Shown piece by piece: positions 1 to 6,440 of a DNA stretch of 10,141 bases. This stretch comes from a virus. Its lineage: Duplodnaviria > Heunggongvirae > Uroviricota > Caudoviricetes. Below the pieces are notes generated by a model, which ran no database searches, had not been told where the DNA came from, and saw nothing but the letters and a program-made list of their open reading frames with translations. Made by a program: the position numbers and the translations under genes. Position 1 is the stretch's first letter, and each line of letters starts with the position of its first letter. The stretch is taken from IMG/VR virus record IMGVR_UViG_2693429748_000016, one strand, 5' to 3'.

Positions 1-1
1 A

Positions 2-220
2 AGTCATCGGGCATTATCTGAACATAAAACACTACCAATAAGTTGGAGTCATTACCAAACGGTTGAAATGTATGCCGCTACTTACGGGTCCTGTAATCCT
101 CTGAATAAACCAGAGGGAAAAGATGATTTCGACAAAATTTACCGCTTCTTGGAGGACCGCTATATCAAAAGCTTAGAGGACGCAGGGATCAAATCCCCAG
201 TGAAGTCACCATTGTCCTGA
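2..220 (+). CDS. 3' end of an unidentified protein-coding gene (partial, continues beyond window start)
   Basis: Frame 2 is open from position 2 to TGA at 218-220 (72 codons without a stop). All three minus-strand frames across 1-188 contain stops. No motif recognised. Overlaps the 3' end of the convergent minus-strand gene by about 30 bp. Confidence 0.3.
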   Translation, partial: SHRALSEHKTLPISWSHYQTVEMYAATYGSCNPLNKPEGKDDFDKIYRFLEDRYIKSLEDAGIKSPVKSPLS

Positions 221-554
221 GAACTTGCAGAACGTCATGATCATAACTTCCATCCAAACCGCGACGGCGAATTGCTTCTCGTATTACCGGAAGCAGTTCG
301 CTGGAAATCTCGGTGCATATTTCACCTGATAATACGCTTGGCTCAAGTGAGAATATTGGTGAACTTACGGTCTTGGTCTCGACAGTTTCAGAGTCAGTGC
401 CAACATTATAAAGCTCAACGAAAGCGGTCTTGATTTTCCGGGCCAGATCTTTTGCTGGCTCGCTTGCAATATCTTTCCCGATTTCTCGCAGCACAGAATG
501 CAATGTATGAGCTGCTGTTTTCTGTACATCAGACGGTAAATCTTTAAATTCCAT
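189..554 (-). CDS. hypothetical protein (about 121 aa), acidic, helix-rich appearance
   Basis: ORF track 189..566 (-). The internal ATG at 554 is preceded by GAGG with a 6-nt spacer, so 554 is the preferred start; the ATG at 566 overlaps the stop of the upstream ORF (ATGA) and is the alternative. No recognisable family. Confidence 0.5.
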   Translation of the reverse strand: MEFKDLPSDVQKTAAHTLHSVLREIGKDIASEPAKDLARKIKTAFVELYNVGTDSETVETKTVSSPIFSLEPSVLSGEICTEISSELLPVIREAIRRRGLDGSYDHDVLQVLRTMVTSLGI

Positions 555-565
555 CGTCAGCCTCA

Positions 566-772
566 TCAGTCAGTGTTTCTGGCTAACCAGCAACGCGCGC
601 CAGATTCGGTTTTAAACGTTTTGCTTTTGGTATACGTCATGGCGGTAAACGTTCCATCCTGGTTAGGGAACACGCCGCACACCAGAGATTCGTTGTTGCC
701 AAGATCGATAGTATCCATGCTGACCTCATTTCCCCTTAACGCCGGGGTGGCGGAACAAAAAACCTGCTGCAT
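566..772 (-). CDS. hypothetical small protein (68 aa)
   Basis: ORF track 566..772 (-). Stop overlaps the downstream start candidate (ATGA arrangement), consistent with a leftward operon leaving the immunity region. Weak RBS. An overlapping plus-strand ORF (573..785) is the alternative reading. Confidence 0.35.
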   Translation of the reverse strand: MQQVFCSATPALRGNEVSMDTIDLGNNESLVCGVFPNQDGTFTAMTYTKSKTFKTESGARCWLARNTD

Positions 773-899
773 AGTTAAAGATTGAACCCTGCCGTCATGT
801 TCTTACGCCTCGGGCTGGCTACTTAACCCCTGACCACTGTCTGGTAACTCGAAGTATTGCCCTGCATTCTGTGGGGCGGGGTGGGTTGACGCCTGAAAC

Positions 900-941
900 A
901 ATAGCATCATTATTTTTTTTGATGTAAATAGCATCGCTATT
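900..941. promoter_or_regulatory. pair of operator-like palindromes (OL-like) downstream of the repressor/TA operon
   Basis: ATAGCATCATTAT at 901-913 and the perfect-armed palindrome AATAGC-ATC-GCTATT at 927-941 (arms ATAGC/GCTAT, 3-bp spacer). Centres are about 27 bp apart. The same 13-bp motif family recurs at 2039-2076. Confidence 0.4.
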
Positions 942-956
942 GTTTTTTGTTGGGGC

Positions 957-981
957 AAGAAAAAACCACCCTAAGGTGGTT
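957..981 (-). terminator. intrinsic terminator for the leftward repressor-antitoxin-toxin operon
   Basis: 7-bp stem AACCACC/GGTGGTT (964-970 and 975-981) with loop CTAA. On the minus-strand transcript the hairpin is followed by UUUUUCUUG (complement of the A-run at 957-963). Lies 17 bp beyond the parE stop at 998. Confidence 0.45.
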
Positions 982-997
982 CTGTCGGCGGGAATAA

Positions 998-1288
998 TTA
1001 ACTGTTTTTGCCTGGATACTGTCTTCGAGAATGCACAATATTTACTACTTCTATGCTTGATGCTGTTACTCGGTAAAGGATGATGTAGTTAGGATGAGTT
1101 ACAATTTCACGAAGACCAAGAACTCGCTCGCTTGGAGGATACAGGTAAGGATGCTCTGTGAGCGGCAAAACGGATGTTTCAATTCGAATTTTCATTCTGC
1201 GTGCTGCCGCGGGATTTTCTTTAGCTATGTAGGCTACGATCTGGCGCAAATCATCACGAGCAGATGGTAGCCATAAAACGGGTAACAT
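998..1288 (-). CDS. parE: ParE-family type II toxin (RelE/ParE superfamily), 96 aa
   Basis: Size and sequence are typical of ParE toxins (N-terminal MLPVLWLPSARDDL, C-terminal PNYIILYRV...VVNIVHSRRQYP). Start overlaps the stop of the upstream antitoxin gene (ATGA at 1288). From memory it resembles ParE2 of the E. coli paaR2-paaA2-parE2 module; not verified by alignment. Confidence 0.85.
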   Translation of the reverse strand: MLPVLWLPSARDDLRQIVAYIAKENPAAARRMKIRIETSVLPLTEHPYLYPPSERVLGLREIVTHPNYIILYRVTASSIEVVNIVHSRRQYPGKNS

Positions 1289-1482
1289 TATTCACCTCTG
1301 TGAGTTGCAGCAGCAATTTGGGCAATAATTTGTTCCATTTCCGCCATTACCTCATCATGCGGAATCGCCGGGCGGGGATCCGCGAGGCTTGCTGCTACTT
1401 TGGCCCGCAGCCATTCGTTGTAACTATTTTCTTGCTCAACTGTCTCAAATTCTGAAACCATTGGGGAAAGGACTGTACTCAT
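1288..1482 (-). CDS. paaA: small antitoxin, PaaA-like (64 aa), partner of ParE
   Basis: 64-aa acidic protein immediately upstream of and overlapping parE. GGAG lies 10 nt upstream of the ATG at 1482. Motif SPMVSEFETVEQENSYNEWLRAKVAASLADPRPAIPHDEV matches my recollection of PaaA2-type antitoxins. Gene context (regulator-antitoxin-ParE) supports the call. Confidence 0.75.
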   Translation of the reverse strand: MSTVLSPMVSEFETVEQENSYNEWLRAKVAASLADPRPAIPHDEVMAEMEQIIAQIAAATHRGE

Positions 1483-1501
1483 TTTACATATCTCCTCTGA
1501 T

Positions 1502-2002
1502 TTAGGCGCGACGGCCTTTTTGTGCAGCTAACCACCGCGCAACCGTACGATCCATTGATTCTTTTTTATCTTTCATCTCCTGAAGCATGTGTTCTTGATC
1601 TTCTTTCGGAAAAGCTCTGAACGTATGGATTAAATCTCGTTCCATCGGCTCTACGGCAAACGGTAGTTCATCCTCTGTTTGTTCTGTGTCTGCTGGTAAT
1701 GCGACTATGTTATCTTGCTGTGGTTCTCGACAATACATCCTTGCAATTTGCAGCAAATCTACCATGTCTGGCCTGATTGACTCAGGGGGAACTTTCAGTA
1801 AGCCAGCAAACTTTAGAACAGCCTCAAGGTTTAGTGGGGTTTGACCATTTAGGTAGTGACTTACCGCCCCTTGTGTTGAAAACCCCATAATTTCCGCCGC
1901 ACGTTCCTGAGTCAATCCCAACTGAGATTTCTTTGCCATCCAGATTTCTTTCAGTCTTCTGGCGGCGTTGAGGTCGGTGTCTGACAATGATTTTCTTTTC
2001 AT
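1502..2002 (-). CDS. CI-like HTH (XRE-family) repressor, PaaR-like; likely prophage immunity repressor
   Basis: ORF track 1502..2032 begins at a GTG; the first ATG (MKRKSLSDTDL..., at 2002) is the more plausible start. N-terminal HTH segment LTQERAAEIMGFSTQGAVSHYLNG. Transcribed divergently from the Cro-like gene across an operator-bearing intergenic region. First gene of the repressor-paaA-parE operon. No Ser/Lys S24 peptidase motif recognised in the C-terminal half. Confidence 0.75.
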   Translation of the reverse strand: MKRKSLSDTDLNAARRLKEIWMAKKSQLGLTQERAAEIMGFSTQGAVSHYLNGQTPLNLEAVLKFAGLLKVPPESIRPDMVDLLQIARMYCREPQQDNIVALPADTEQTEDELPFAVEPMERDLIHTFRAFPKEDQEHMLQEMKDKKESMDRTVARWLAAQKGRRA

Positions 2003-2037
2003 ACATCCAATTCTAATAAGATTGCTAATCACTTTGA

Positions 2038-2079
2038 AATAGCATCACTATTTACTTTTAAAAATAACAGTGCTATTAA
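2038..2079. promoter_or_regulatory. OR-like operator pair overlapping a candidate rightward early promoter
   Basis: AATAGCATCACTATT at 2038-2052 and ATAACAGTGCTAT at 2064-2076, same motif family as 901-941, centres about 25 bp apart. Candidate promoter TTTACT (2051-2056), 17-nt spacer, TATTAA (2074-2079), which would start transcription just upstream of the Cro-like gene. Confidence 0.45.
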
Positions 2080-2113
2080 TTATGCATTGGTAACACATCA
2101 CATAGGGCGGATT

Positions 2114-2377
2114 ATGAATCTTGGAGAATATTTGCATCATTTTCATATAACCCAGAGTTCATTTGCTGAGATTGTTGGCGCATCCCAAGGGATGGTCAGC
2201 CACGTTATAACGGGGCGTGCAAAACTTACAGGAGAAAAAATATTACGTTGGTGTGAAGCAACGGGATGGGTGGTGACCCCACATGAGATTGACAGTAAAA
2301 CCTACCCCAACCCAACTGACGGCTTGCCTGCTGAGTTTCAGGCTAACACACAACCATCGGCGGGGGTTGATTCATGA
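2114..2377 (+). CDS. Cro/YdaS-like HTH DNA-binding protein (87 aa from ATG 2114; 96 aa if started at 2087)
   Basis: HTH-like segment QSSFAEIVGASQGMVSHVITGRAKLTGEKILRW. First gene of the rightward operon, divergent from the repressor. Stop overlaps the next gene's start (ATGA at 2374-2377). Start choice between 2087 and 2114 is unresolved. Confidence 0.65.
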   Translation: MNLGEYLHHFHITQSSFAEIVGASQGMVSHVITGRAKLTGEKILRWCEATGWVVTPHEIDSKTYPNPTDGLPAEFQANTQPSAGVDS

Positions 2378-2799
2378 AAATCAAGCATGAACACATCCGC
2401 ATGGCGATGAAAGCCTGGGCGCATCCGGACGGTGAAAAAGTTCCGGCAGCTGAAATAACCAGGGTTTATTTCGAACTGGGAATGACGTTTCCGGTTCTGC
2501 ATAACGACAGCAAGCACAACACGCTTTATCTCAACACCCAAAAGATTTTCCGTTGGCTGGATAAAGACACCCCTGACGCTGTTGAAAAAATTCAGGCGTT
2601 GTTACCTGCGATCGAAAGGGCAATGCCACCTCCGCTGGTGGCTCGAATGCGCAGCCACAGTTCAGCTTATTTTCGGGAACTGGTGGAGACGCATGAACGA
2701 CTGGTGAGAGACGCTGATGATTTTGTCGCAGTGGCAATCGCCGGTTTCAATCAGATGAACCGTGGTGGCCCGGCAGGAAATGCTGTGGCAGTACATTGA
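2374..2799 (+). CDS. YdaT-like protein (141 aa), second gene of the rightward early operon
   Basis: Begins MKIKHEHIRMAMKAW. Position and size match the second gene of Rac-type ydaS-ydaT pairs. Family assignment is from gene order and recollection, not alignment. Confidence 0.6.
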   Translation: MKIKHEHIRMAMKAWAHPDGEKVPAAEITRVYFELGMTFPVLHNDSKHNTLYLNTQKIFRWLDKDTPDAVEKIQALLPAIERAMPPPLVARMRSHSSAYFRELVETHERLVRDADDFVAVAIAGFNQMNRGGPAGNAVAVH

Positions 2800-2870
2800 C
2801 TGACAATAGCCATATCGAATCGCTCCCGGCAACTCGTGAGTAAAAAGATTCGGTATCAGAAGAGGTGAGT

Positions 2871-3935
2871 ATGGCTAACGCCTGGCTCAGATTATGGCAT
2901 GACATGCCAAATGACCCTAAGTGGCGAACAATTGCCAGGGTGTCAGGGCAGCCAATTGCAACAGTGATGGCAGTGTATATCCACCTCCTGGTGAGCGCGT
3001 CACGAAATGTCACGCGAGGTCACATTGATGTCACGACAGAAGATTTGGCAAGTGCGCTCGACGTGACAGAAGAGGTAATTGATTCAATTTTGCAGACGAT
3101 GCAGGGGCGGGTACTTGATGGTGATTTAATCACTGGATGGGAAAAACGCCAGGTGCTTAAAGAGGACAACGGCAATATTTCGCAAACCGCAAAATCTCCT
3201 GCAGAGCGCAAGAGGGCGCAGCGAGAGAGGGAAAGAAAGCGGGAACAAAATGGCGATTGTCACGGCGCGTCACGAAATGTCACGCACATGTCACGACGAG
3301 TCACGACAGATACAGATAAAGATACAGATAAAGAAGATCAAAACACTATGGTCCATGGCGTAAAAAACGCCACGAACCAGGCAGGGGATGTTCAGACCGT
3401 CAATCCTGGTCAGCCAGCAGGCTCGACACCGGAAGCCGATTCAGCGTATGCGCTGAAAGCCGATTCGGGCGCTGTGCAGCAGGTGATGACCGCAAGGCCG
3501 GAGCAATCACTCCAACTGCAGCAGCCTGAAGCCGATTCCGCCATTCAGCGGGAAGCCGATCGGGTAGCCCCGGAAAACACCGGGCAGCCTGTGGGACGAG
3601 TGGATTATCCGGATGTGTTCGAACAGGTCTGGCGGGAATACCCGTTGCGTGCCGGGGCAAACCCGAAGAAATCCGCATTCAGTGCCTGGAAGGCCAGATT
3701 GCGCGAGGGGGTGCCACCAGAGACCATGCTGGATGGTGTGAGGCGTTACGCGAGATACCTGGCGGCGACCGGGAAAGCGGGAACGGAATTTGTTCAGCGA
3801 GCGACGACGTTTTTTGGGCCGGACCGGAATTTTGAAAACCCCTGGTTGCTCCCGGTAAGCGGCACGAACAACCAGCGTTGTGTGAATCATATTTCTGAAC
3901 CGGATACCGAAATTCCGCCGGGATTCAGGGGGTGA
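2871..3935 (+). CDS. phage replication initiator / replisome organiser (O-like, YdaU-like), about 354 aa
   Basis: ATG at 2871 with GAGG 5 nt upstream (ORF track begins at GTG 2865). C-terminal region (YPDVFEQVWREYPLRAGANPKKSAFSAWKARL...FENPW) resembles the conserved C-terminal domain of phage replication proteins. Lies immediately upstream of a DnaC-like loader. Carries internal iteron arrays. Confidence 0.85.
   Translation: MANAWLRLWHDMPNDPKWRTIARVSGQPIATVMAVYIHLLVSASRNVTRGHIDVTTEDLASALDVTEEVIDSILQTMQGRVLDGDLITGWEKRQVLKEDNGNISQTAKSPAERKRAQRERERKREQNGDCHGASRNVTHMSRRVTTDTDKDTDKEDQNTMVHGVKNATNQAGDVQTVNPGQPAGSTPEADSAYALKADSGAVQQVMTARPEQSLQLQQPEADSAIQREADRVAPENTGQPVGRVDYPDVFEQVWREYPLRAGANPKKSAFSAWKARLREGVPPETMLDGVRRYARYLAATGKAGTEFVQRATTFFGPDRNFENPWLLPVSGTNNQRCVNHISEPDTEIPPGFRG
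2995..3040. repeat. iteron block 1 (putative origin element) inside the replication gene
   Basis: TCACG copies at 3000, 3010 and 3031 (roughly 10-11 bp phasing). The 21-mer GCGCGTCACGAAATGTCACGC (2995-3015) recurs exactly at 3265-3285. Confidence 0.55.
3259..3334. repeat. iteron block 2 plus tandem 12-mer (putative origin core) inside the replication gene
   Basis: TCACG copies at 3260, 3270, 3280, 3291 and 3301 (spacing 10, 10, 11, 10 bp), followed by TACAGATAAAGA x2 (3311-3334) and an A-rich stretch. Resembles the lambda arrangement of an origin embedded in the O gene. Confidence 0.55.
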
Positions 3936-3941
3936 TGTGGC

Positions 3942-4688
3942 ATGAAAAACATTGCGGCAGCCGGGGTTCTTGAACGTATTCACAGACTTGCACCACAGGG
4001 GGCGGTTCCACCGTACCGGACGGTGGAGGAGTGGCGGGAATGGCAACTTGCTGAAGGACGAAAACGCAGCGAGGAGATTAACCGCCAGAATCGCCAGTTG
4101 CGGGTGGAAAAAATCCTGAATCGTTCGGGCATCCAGCCTCTGCACAGCAAATGCTCGTTTGCGAATTATCAGGTGCAGAACGACGGGCAAAAATACGCGC
4201 TGAGCCAGGCCAAATCCATAGCTGACGAACTGATGACCGGGTGCACGAATTTTGTGTTCAGCGGTAAAACCGGCACCGGGAAAAATCACCTTGCAGCGGC
4301 GATGGGTAACCGGCTGATGGCGAAGGGGCGCAGCGTGATTATCGTCACCGAGTCTGATGTCATGAGCGTGTTGCATGACAGCTACGACAACGGCAAATCC
4401 GGTGAAAAATTTTTACAGGAGCTTTGCGGGGTTGATTTGCTGGTCCTGGATGAAATAGGCATTCAGCGGGAGACGAAAAACGAGCAGGTGGTATTGCACC
4501 AGATAATTGATCGCCGGACAGCATCACTGTGCAGTGTCGGGATGTTAACAAACCTGAATCATGCCGCAATGAGCACGCTTCTTGGTGAGAGGATTATGGA
4601 CCGCATGACCATGAACGGTTGTCGGTGGGTGACGTTTAACTGGGATAGCTGGCGTTCAAATGTCAGCTTTCCGGGAGTTGTGAAGTAA
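3942..4688 (+). CDS. DnaC-like replicative helicase loader (AAA+ ATPase), 248 aa
   Basis: Walker A GKTGTGKNHLAAAMG, Walker B LLVLDEIG, and C-terminal LLGERIMDRM...WVTFNWDSWR closely paralleling E. coli DnaC. Starts 7 nt after the replication gene stop. Confidence 0.92.
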   Translation: MKNIAAAGVLERIHRLAPQGAVPPYRTVEEWREWQLAEGRKRSEEINRQNRQLRVEKILNRSGIQPLHSKCSFANYQVQNDGQKYALSQAKSIADELMTGCTNFVFSGKTGTGKNHLAAAMGNRLMAKGRSVIIVTESDVMSVLHDSYDNGKSGEKFLQELCGVDLLVLDEIGIQRETKNEQVVLHQIIDRRTASLCSVGMLTNLNHAAMSTLLGERIMDRMTMNGCRWVTFNWDSWRSNVSFPGVVK

Positions 4689-4706
4689 TTTTTGTTGGAG
4701 GATGTT

Positions 4707-5435
4707 TTAATGGAAACTGTATTTGACGCACTGAAAGCACTGAAAAGAGCCTCTTCACATGTGGTGGCGTCCCGCCTTGGAATCAGCCGTGAAGATGCGG
4801 TCAACGAACTGTGGAAACTGAAGCGCCGTGGTGAAGCGGATAACAAGGGTTCGATGTGGTGGCTGATTCAGGCTGGTGAAAGTGAACCAGTGTCACCGGT
4901 ACCGAAAGTGACAGCGCAAATGCTGACTGAGGCGATTGAACAACATGGCCCACAAACGGCGGATGAGCTGGCACTGATGTTCGGGATTACCTCCCGCCGG
5001 GCGAATTCATCGCTGGCCATGGCAATCAGCAAAGGGCGTCTGATTCGCGTGAATCAGGGCGGTAAATTTCGGTACTGCATACCGGGCGCTGATTTACCGG
5101 CAGAGCCGAAAGCCGCATCCATAGCGGAAACGGATGGTAAAGTCTTTCCTCAGCCAGCAGGTGTTGCGTTACCGGTACAGGAAGCTGCAACACAGGAAGA
5201 AATTAAAACAGAAACTGTGGCGGACATTGTGCAGTCGTTGCCATCGTTCACCGAAACGCAAGCGGATGACCTGGTTTTACCATCGCTGCATATGGCAAAC
5301 CGCGAACTGCGTCGGGCGAAAAGTCATGTCCAGAAGTGGGAGCGTGTCTGCGCCGCGTTGCGGGAGCTGAACAAGCACCGGGATATTGTTCGACAGATTG
5401 TCGATTCCTCCGGTCGTATTGTGTCGGAAAAGTGA
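4707..5435 (+). CDS. hypothetical phage protein (about 243 aa)
   Basis: ORF track 4692..5435 begins at a TTG; the ATG at 4707 has GGAGGA 6 nt upstream. Follows the DnaC-like gene in the same operon. No catalytic motif recognised. Confidence 0.6.
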   Translation, partial: LMETVFDALKALKRASSHVVASRLGISREDAVNELWKLKRRGEADNKGSMWWLIQAGESEPVSPVPKVTAQMLTEAIEQHGPQTADELALMFGITSRRANSSLAMAISKGRLIRVNQGGKFRYCIPGADLPAEPKAASIAETDGKVFPQPAGVALPVQEAATQEEIKTETVADIVQSLPSFTETQADDLVLPSLHMANRELRRAKSHVQKWERVCAALRELNKHRDIVRQIVDSSGRIVSEK

Positions 5436-5450
5436 TTGCCGGGGGCGCTT

Positions 5451-5816
5451 ATGGCAAAAGTATTTACACAGGAAGAGCGGGAAAAAATTAAGGGGCAGGT
5501 TGTTGAACTCGTACGCCAGAGTGGGCGCGAGACGTTACGACAACTGGAAGCTAAAACCGGGGCGACAAGATATTTAATAAGCGTTCTCGCCAGAGAGCTG
5601 GTTGCCAGTGGGGATGTATACAACTCTGGCTACGGGTTATTCCCGTCTGAACAGGCTCGTAAGGACTGGCAAAACGCCCGCAAAAAACTCTCGAGGGCAA
5701 AGCTGAAGAAACCATCTGTGGTTGATCCGGACCTTATCTGGTCATTACCAGACGGAGAAATACGCCGCTACGAAGTACCGGCTTTCTATCAGGGTGATTT
5801 TCAGGAACCGTTCTGA
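5451..5816 (+). CDS. hypothetical phage protein (about 121 aa); 3' end fused to an IS-derived segment
   Basis: ATG at 5451 (ORF track begins at TTG 5436). A diverged second copy of most of this gene lies at 5930-6319. The last codons (..QEPF stop) fall within the sequence attributed to the IS remnant. Confidence 0.55.
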   Translation: MAKVFTQEEREKIKGQVVELVRQSGRETLRQLEAKTGATRYLISVLARELVASGDVYNSGYGLFPSEQARKDWQNARKKLSRAKLKKPSVVDPDLIWSLPDGEIRRYEVPAFYQGDFQEPF

Positions 5817-5929
5817 CAGCTTCGGCTTTGAACTCTTTAGAGTAACGTTGGGTTTTTCTGCTCATTATTAGCTCCTTCTGATGCCATTCTATTTCAGGAA
5901 GGAGTGTCCGTTAAACTCAGGCTACCTCA
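5806..5929 (-). mobile_element. remnant of an IS3-family insertion sequence (left end plus first ~20 codons of orfA), IS600-like
   Basis: The minus strand reads TGAGGTAGCC... from 5929 (typical IS3-family terminus), then AAGGAGCTAATA-ATG and MSRKTQRYSKEFKAEAVRTV (ATG at 5865). I recall this as the IS600-type OrfA N-terminus; unverified. The element breaks off after about 20 codons. Confidence 0.5.
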
Positions 5930-6319
5930 AAAATTAAAGGGCAGGTTGTTGAACTTGTACGTCTGAGCGGTCGCGAGACGTTGCGGCAACTGGAAGCCAA
6001 GACAGGTGCGACAAGATATCTGATGAGTGTTCTCGCCAGAGAGCTGGTTGCCAGTGGCGATGTATACAACTCTGGTTACGGGTTATTCCCGTCTGAACAG
6101 GCGCGTAAGGACTGGCAAAACGCCCGCAAAAAACTCTCAAGGGCAAATCTGAAGAAACCATCTGTGGTTGATCCTGACCTTATCTGGTCATTACCAGACG
6201 GAGAAATACGCCGCTACGACAGGCGTCAAAACATAATCTGTAGCGAGTGCCGGAAGAGTGAAGTTATGCAGCGTGTACCGGCTTTCTATCAGGGTGATTT
6301 TCAGGAGGCGGTACTGTGA
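5930..6319 (+). pseudogene. N-terminally truncated, diverged second copy of the 5451..5816 gene
   Basis: 5930-6230 aligns with 5483-5790 at roughly 93% identity by eye. Homology begins exactly at the IS terminus, so the copy lacks about the first 10 codons and its start. ORF track 5981..6319 starts at an internal ATG. Carries an extra 56-bp segment near the 3' end relative to copy A. Confidence 0.5.
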
Positions 6320-6440
6320 GTGAAATTAGCTATCAAATAATCTGTCGCGAGTGCCGGAAGAGCGAAGCTATGCAGCGTGTACTGGCTTTCTATCAGGGTA
6401 ATTTTCAGGAGGCGATACTGTGAATGAAATTAGCTATCAG
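6233..6440. repeat. 104-bp tandem direct repeat (2 units, about 92% identical)
   Basis: Unit 1 is 6233-6336 and unit 2 is 6337-6440, with 8 mismatches out of 104. Each unit contains the gene 3' end (..CxECRKSExMQRVxAFYQGxFQEAxL), a TGA stop, and an abutting start codon (GTG in unit 1, ATG in unit 2). Confidence 0.75.

Noticed and set aside
573-785. 70-aa plus-strand ORF overlapping the 566-772 minus-strand ORF
   Set aside because: Begins at a GTG without an RBS and runs opposite to the coupled leftward gene pair. The minus-strand reading fits the operon context better, though neither is secure.
1264-1455. 63-aa plus-strand ORF overlapping the antitoxin gene
   Set aside because: Antisense to the antitoxin/ParE genes, which have strong family-level support; likely spurious.
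1824-2006. 60-aa minus-strand ORF nested inside the repressor gene in another frame
   Set aside because: Completely nested within the better-supported HTH repressor reading frame.
2338-3211. Cluster of short minus-strand ORFs (2338-2541, 2531-2737, 2747-3013, 3020-3211)
   Set aside because: All antisense to the contiguous rightward operon; no RBS or motifs; treated as chance ORFs.
3507-4376. 289-aa minus-strand ORF spanning the end of the replication gene and start of the DnaC-like gene
   Set aside because: Fully antisense to two well-supported genes in a GC-rich region where long antisense ORFs arise by chance. Arg/Pro/Gly-rich, low-complexity translation with no recognisable motif.
4360-4846. 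Minus-strand ORFs 4360-4569 and 4559-4846
   Set aside because: Antisense to the DnaC-like gene and the following gene; no supporting features.
5134-5623. ORFs 5134-5370 (+), 5324-5623 (-) and 5386-5577 (+)
   Set aside because: Alternative-frame or antisense ORFs within the 4707-5435 and 5451-5816 genes; basic low-complexity translations typical of out-of-frame reading.
5934-6161. 75-aa minus-strand ORF inside the second gene copy
   Set aside because: Antisense to a region that is clearly homologous to the plus-strand gene at 5451-5816.
6233-6440. Tandem repeats as a CRISPR array
   Set aside because: Units are 104 bp, directly abutting with no spacers, and are coding-derived; not CRISPR-like.
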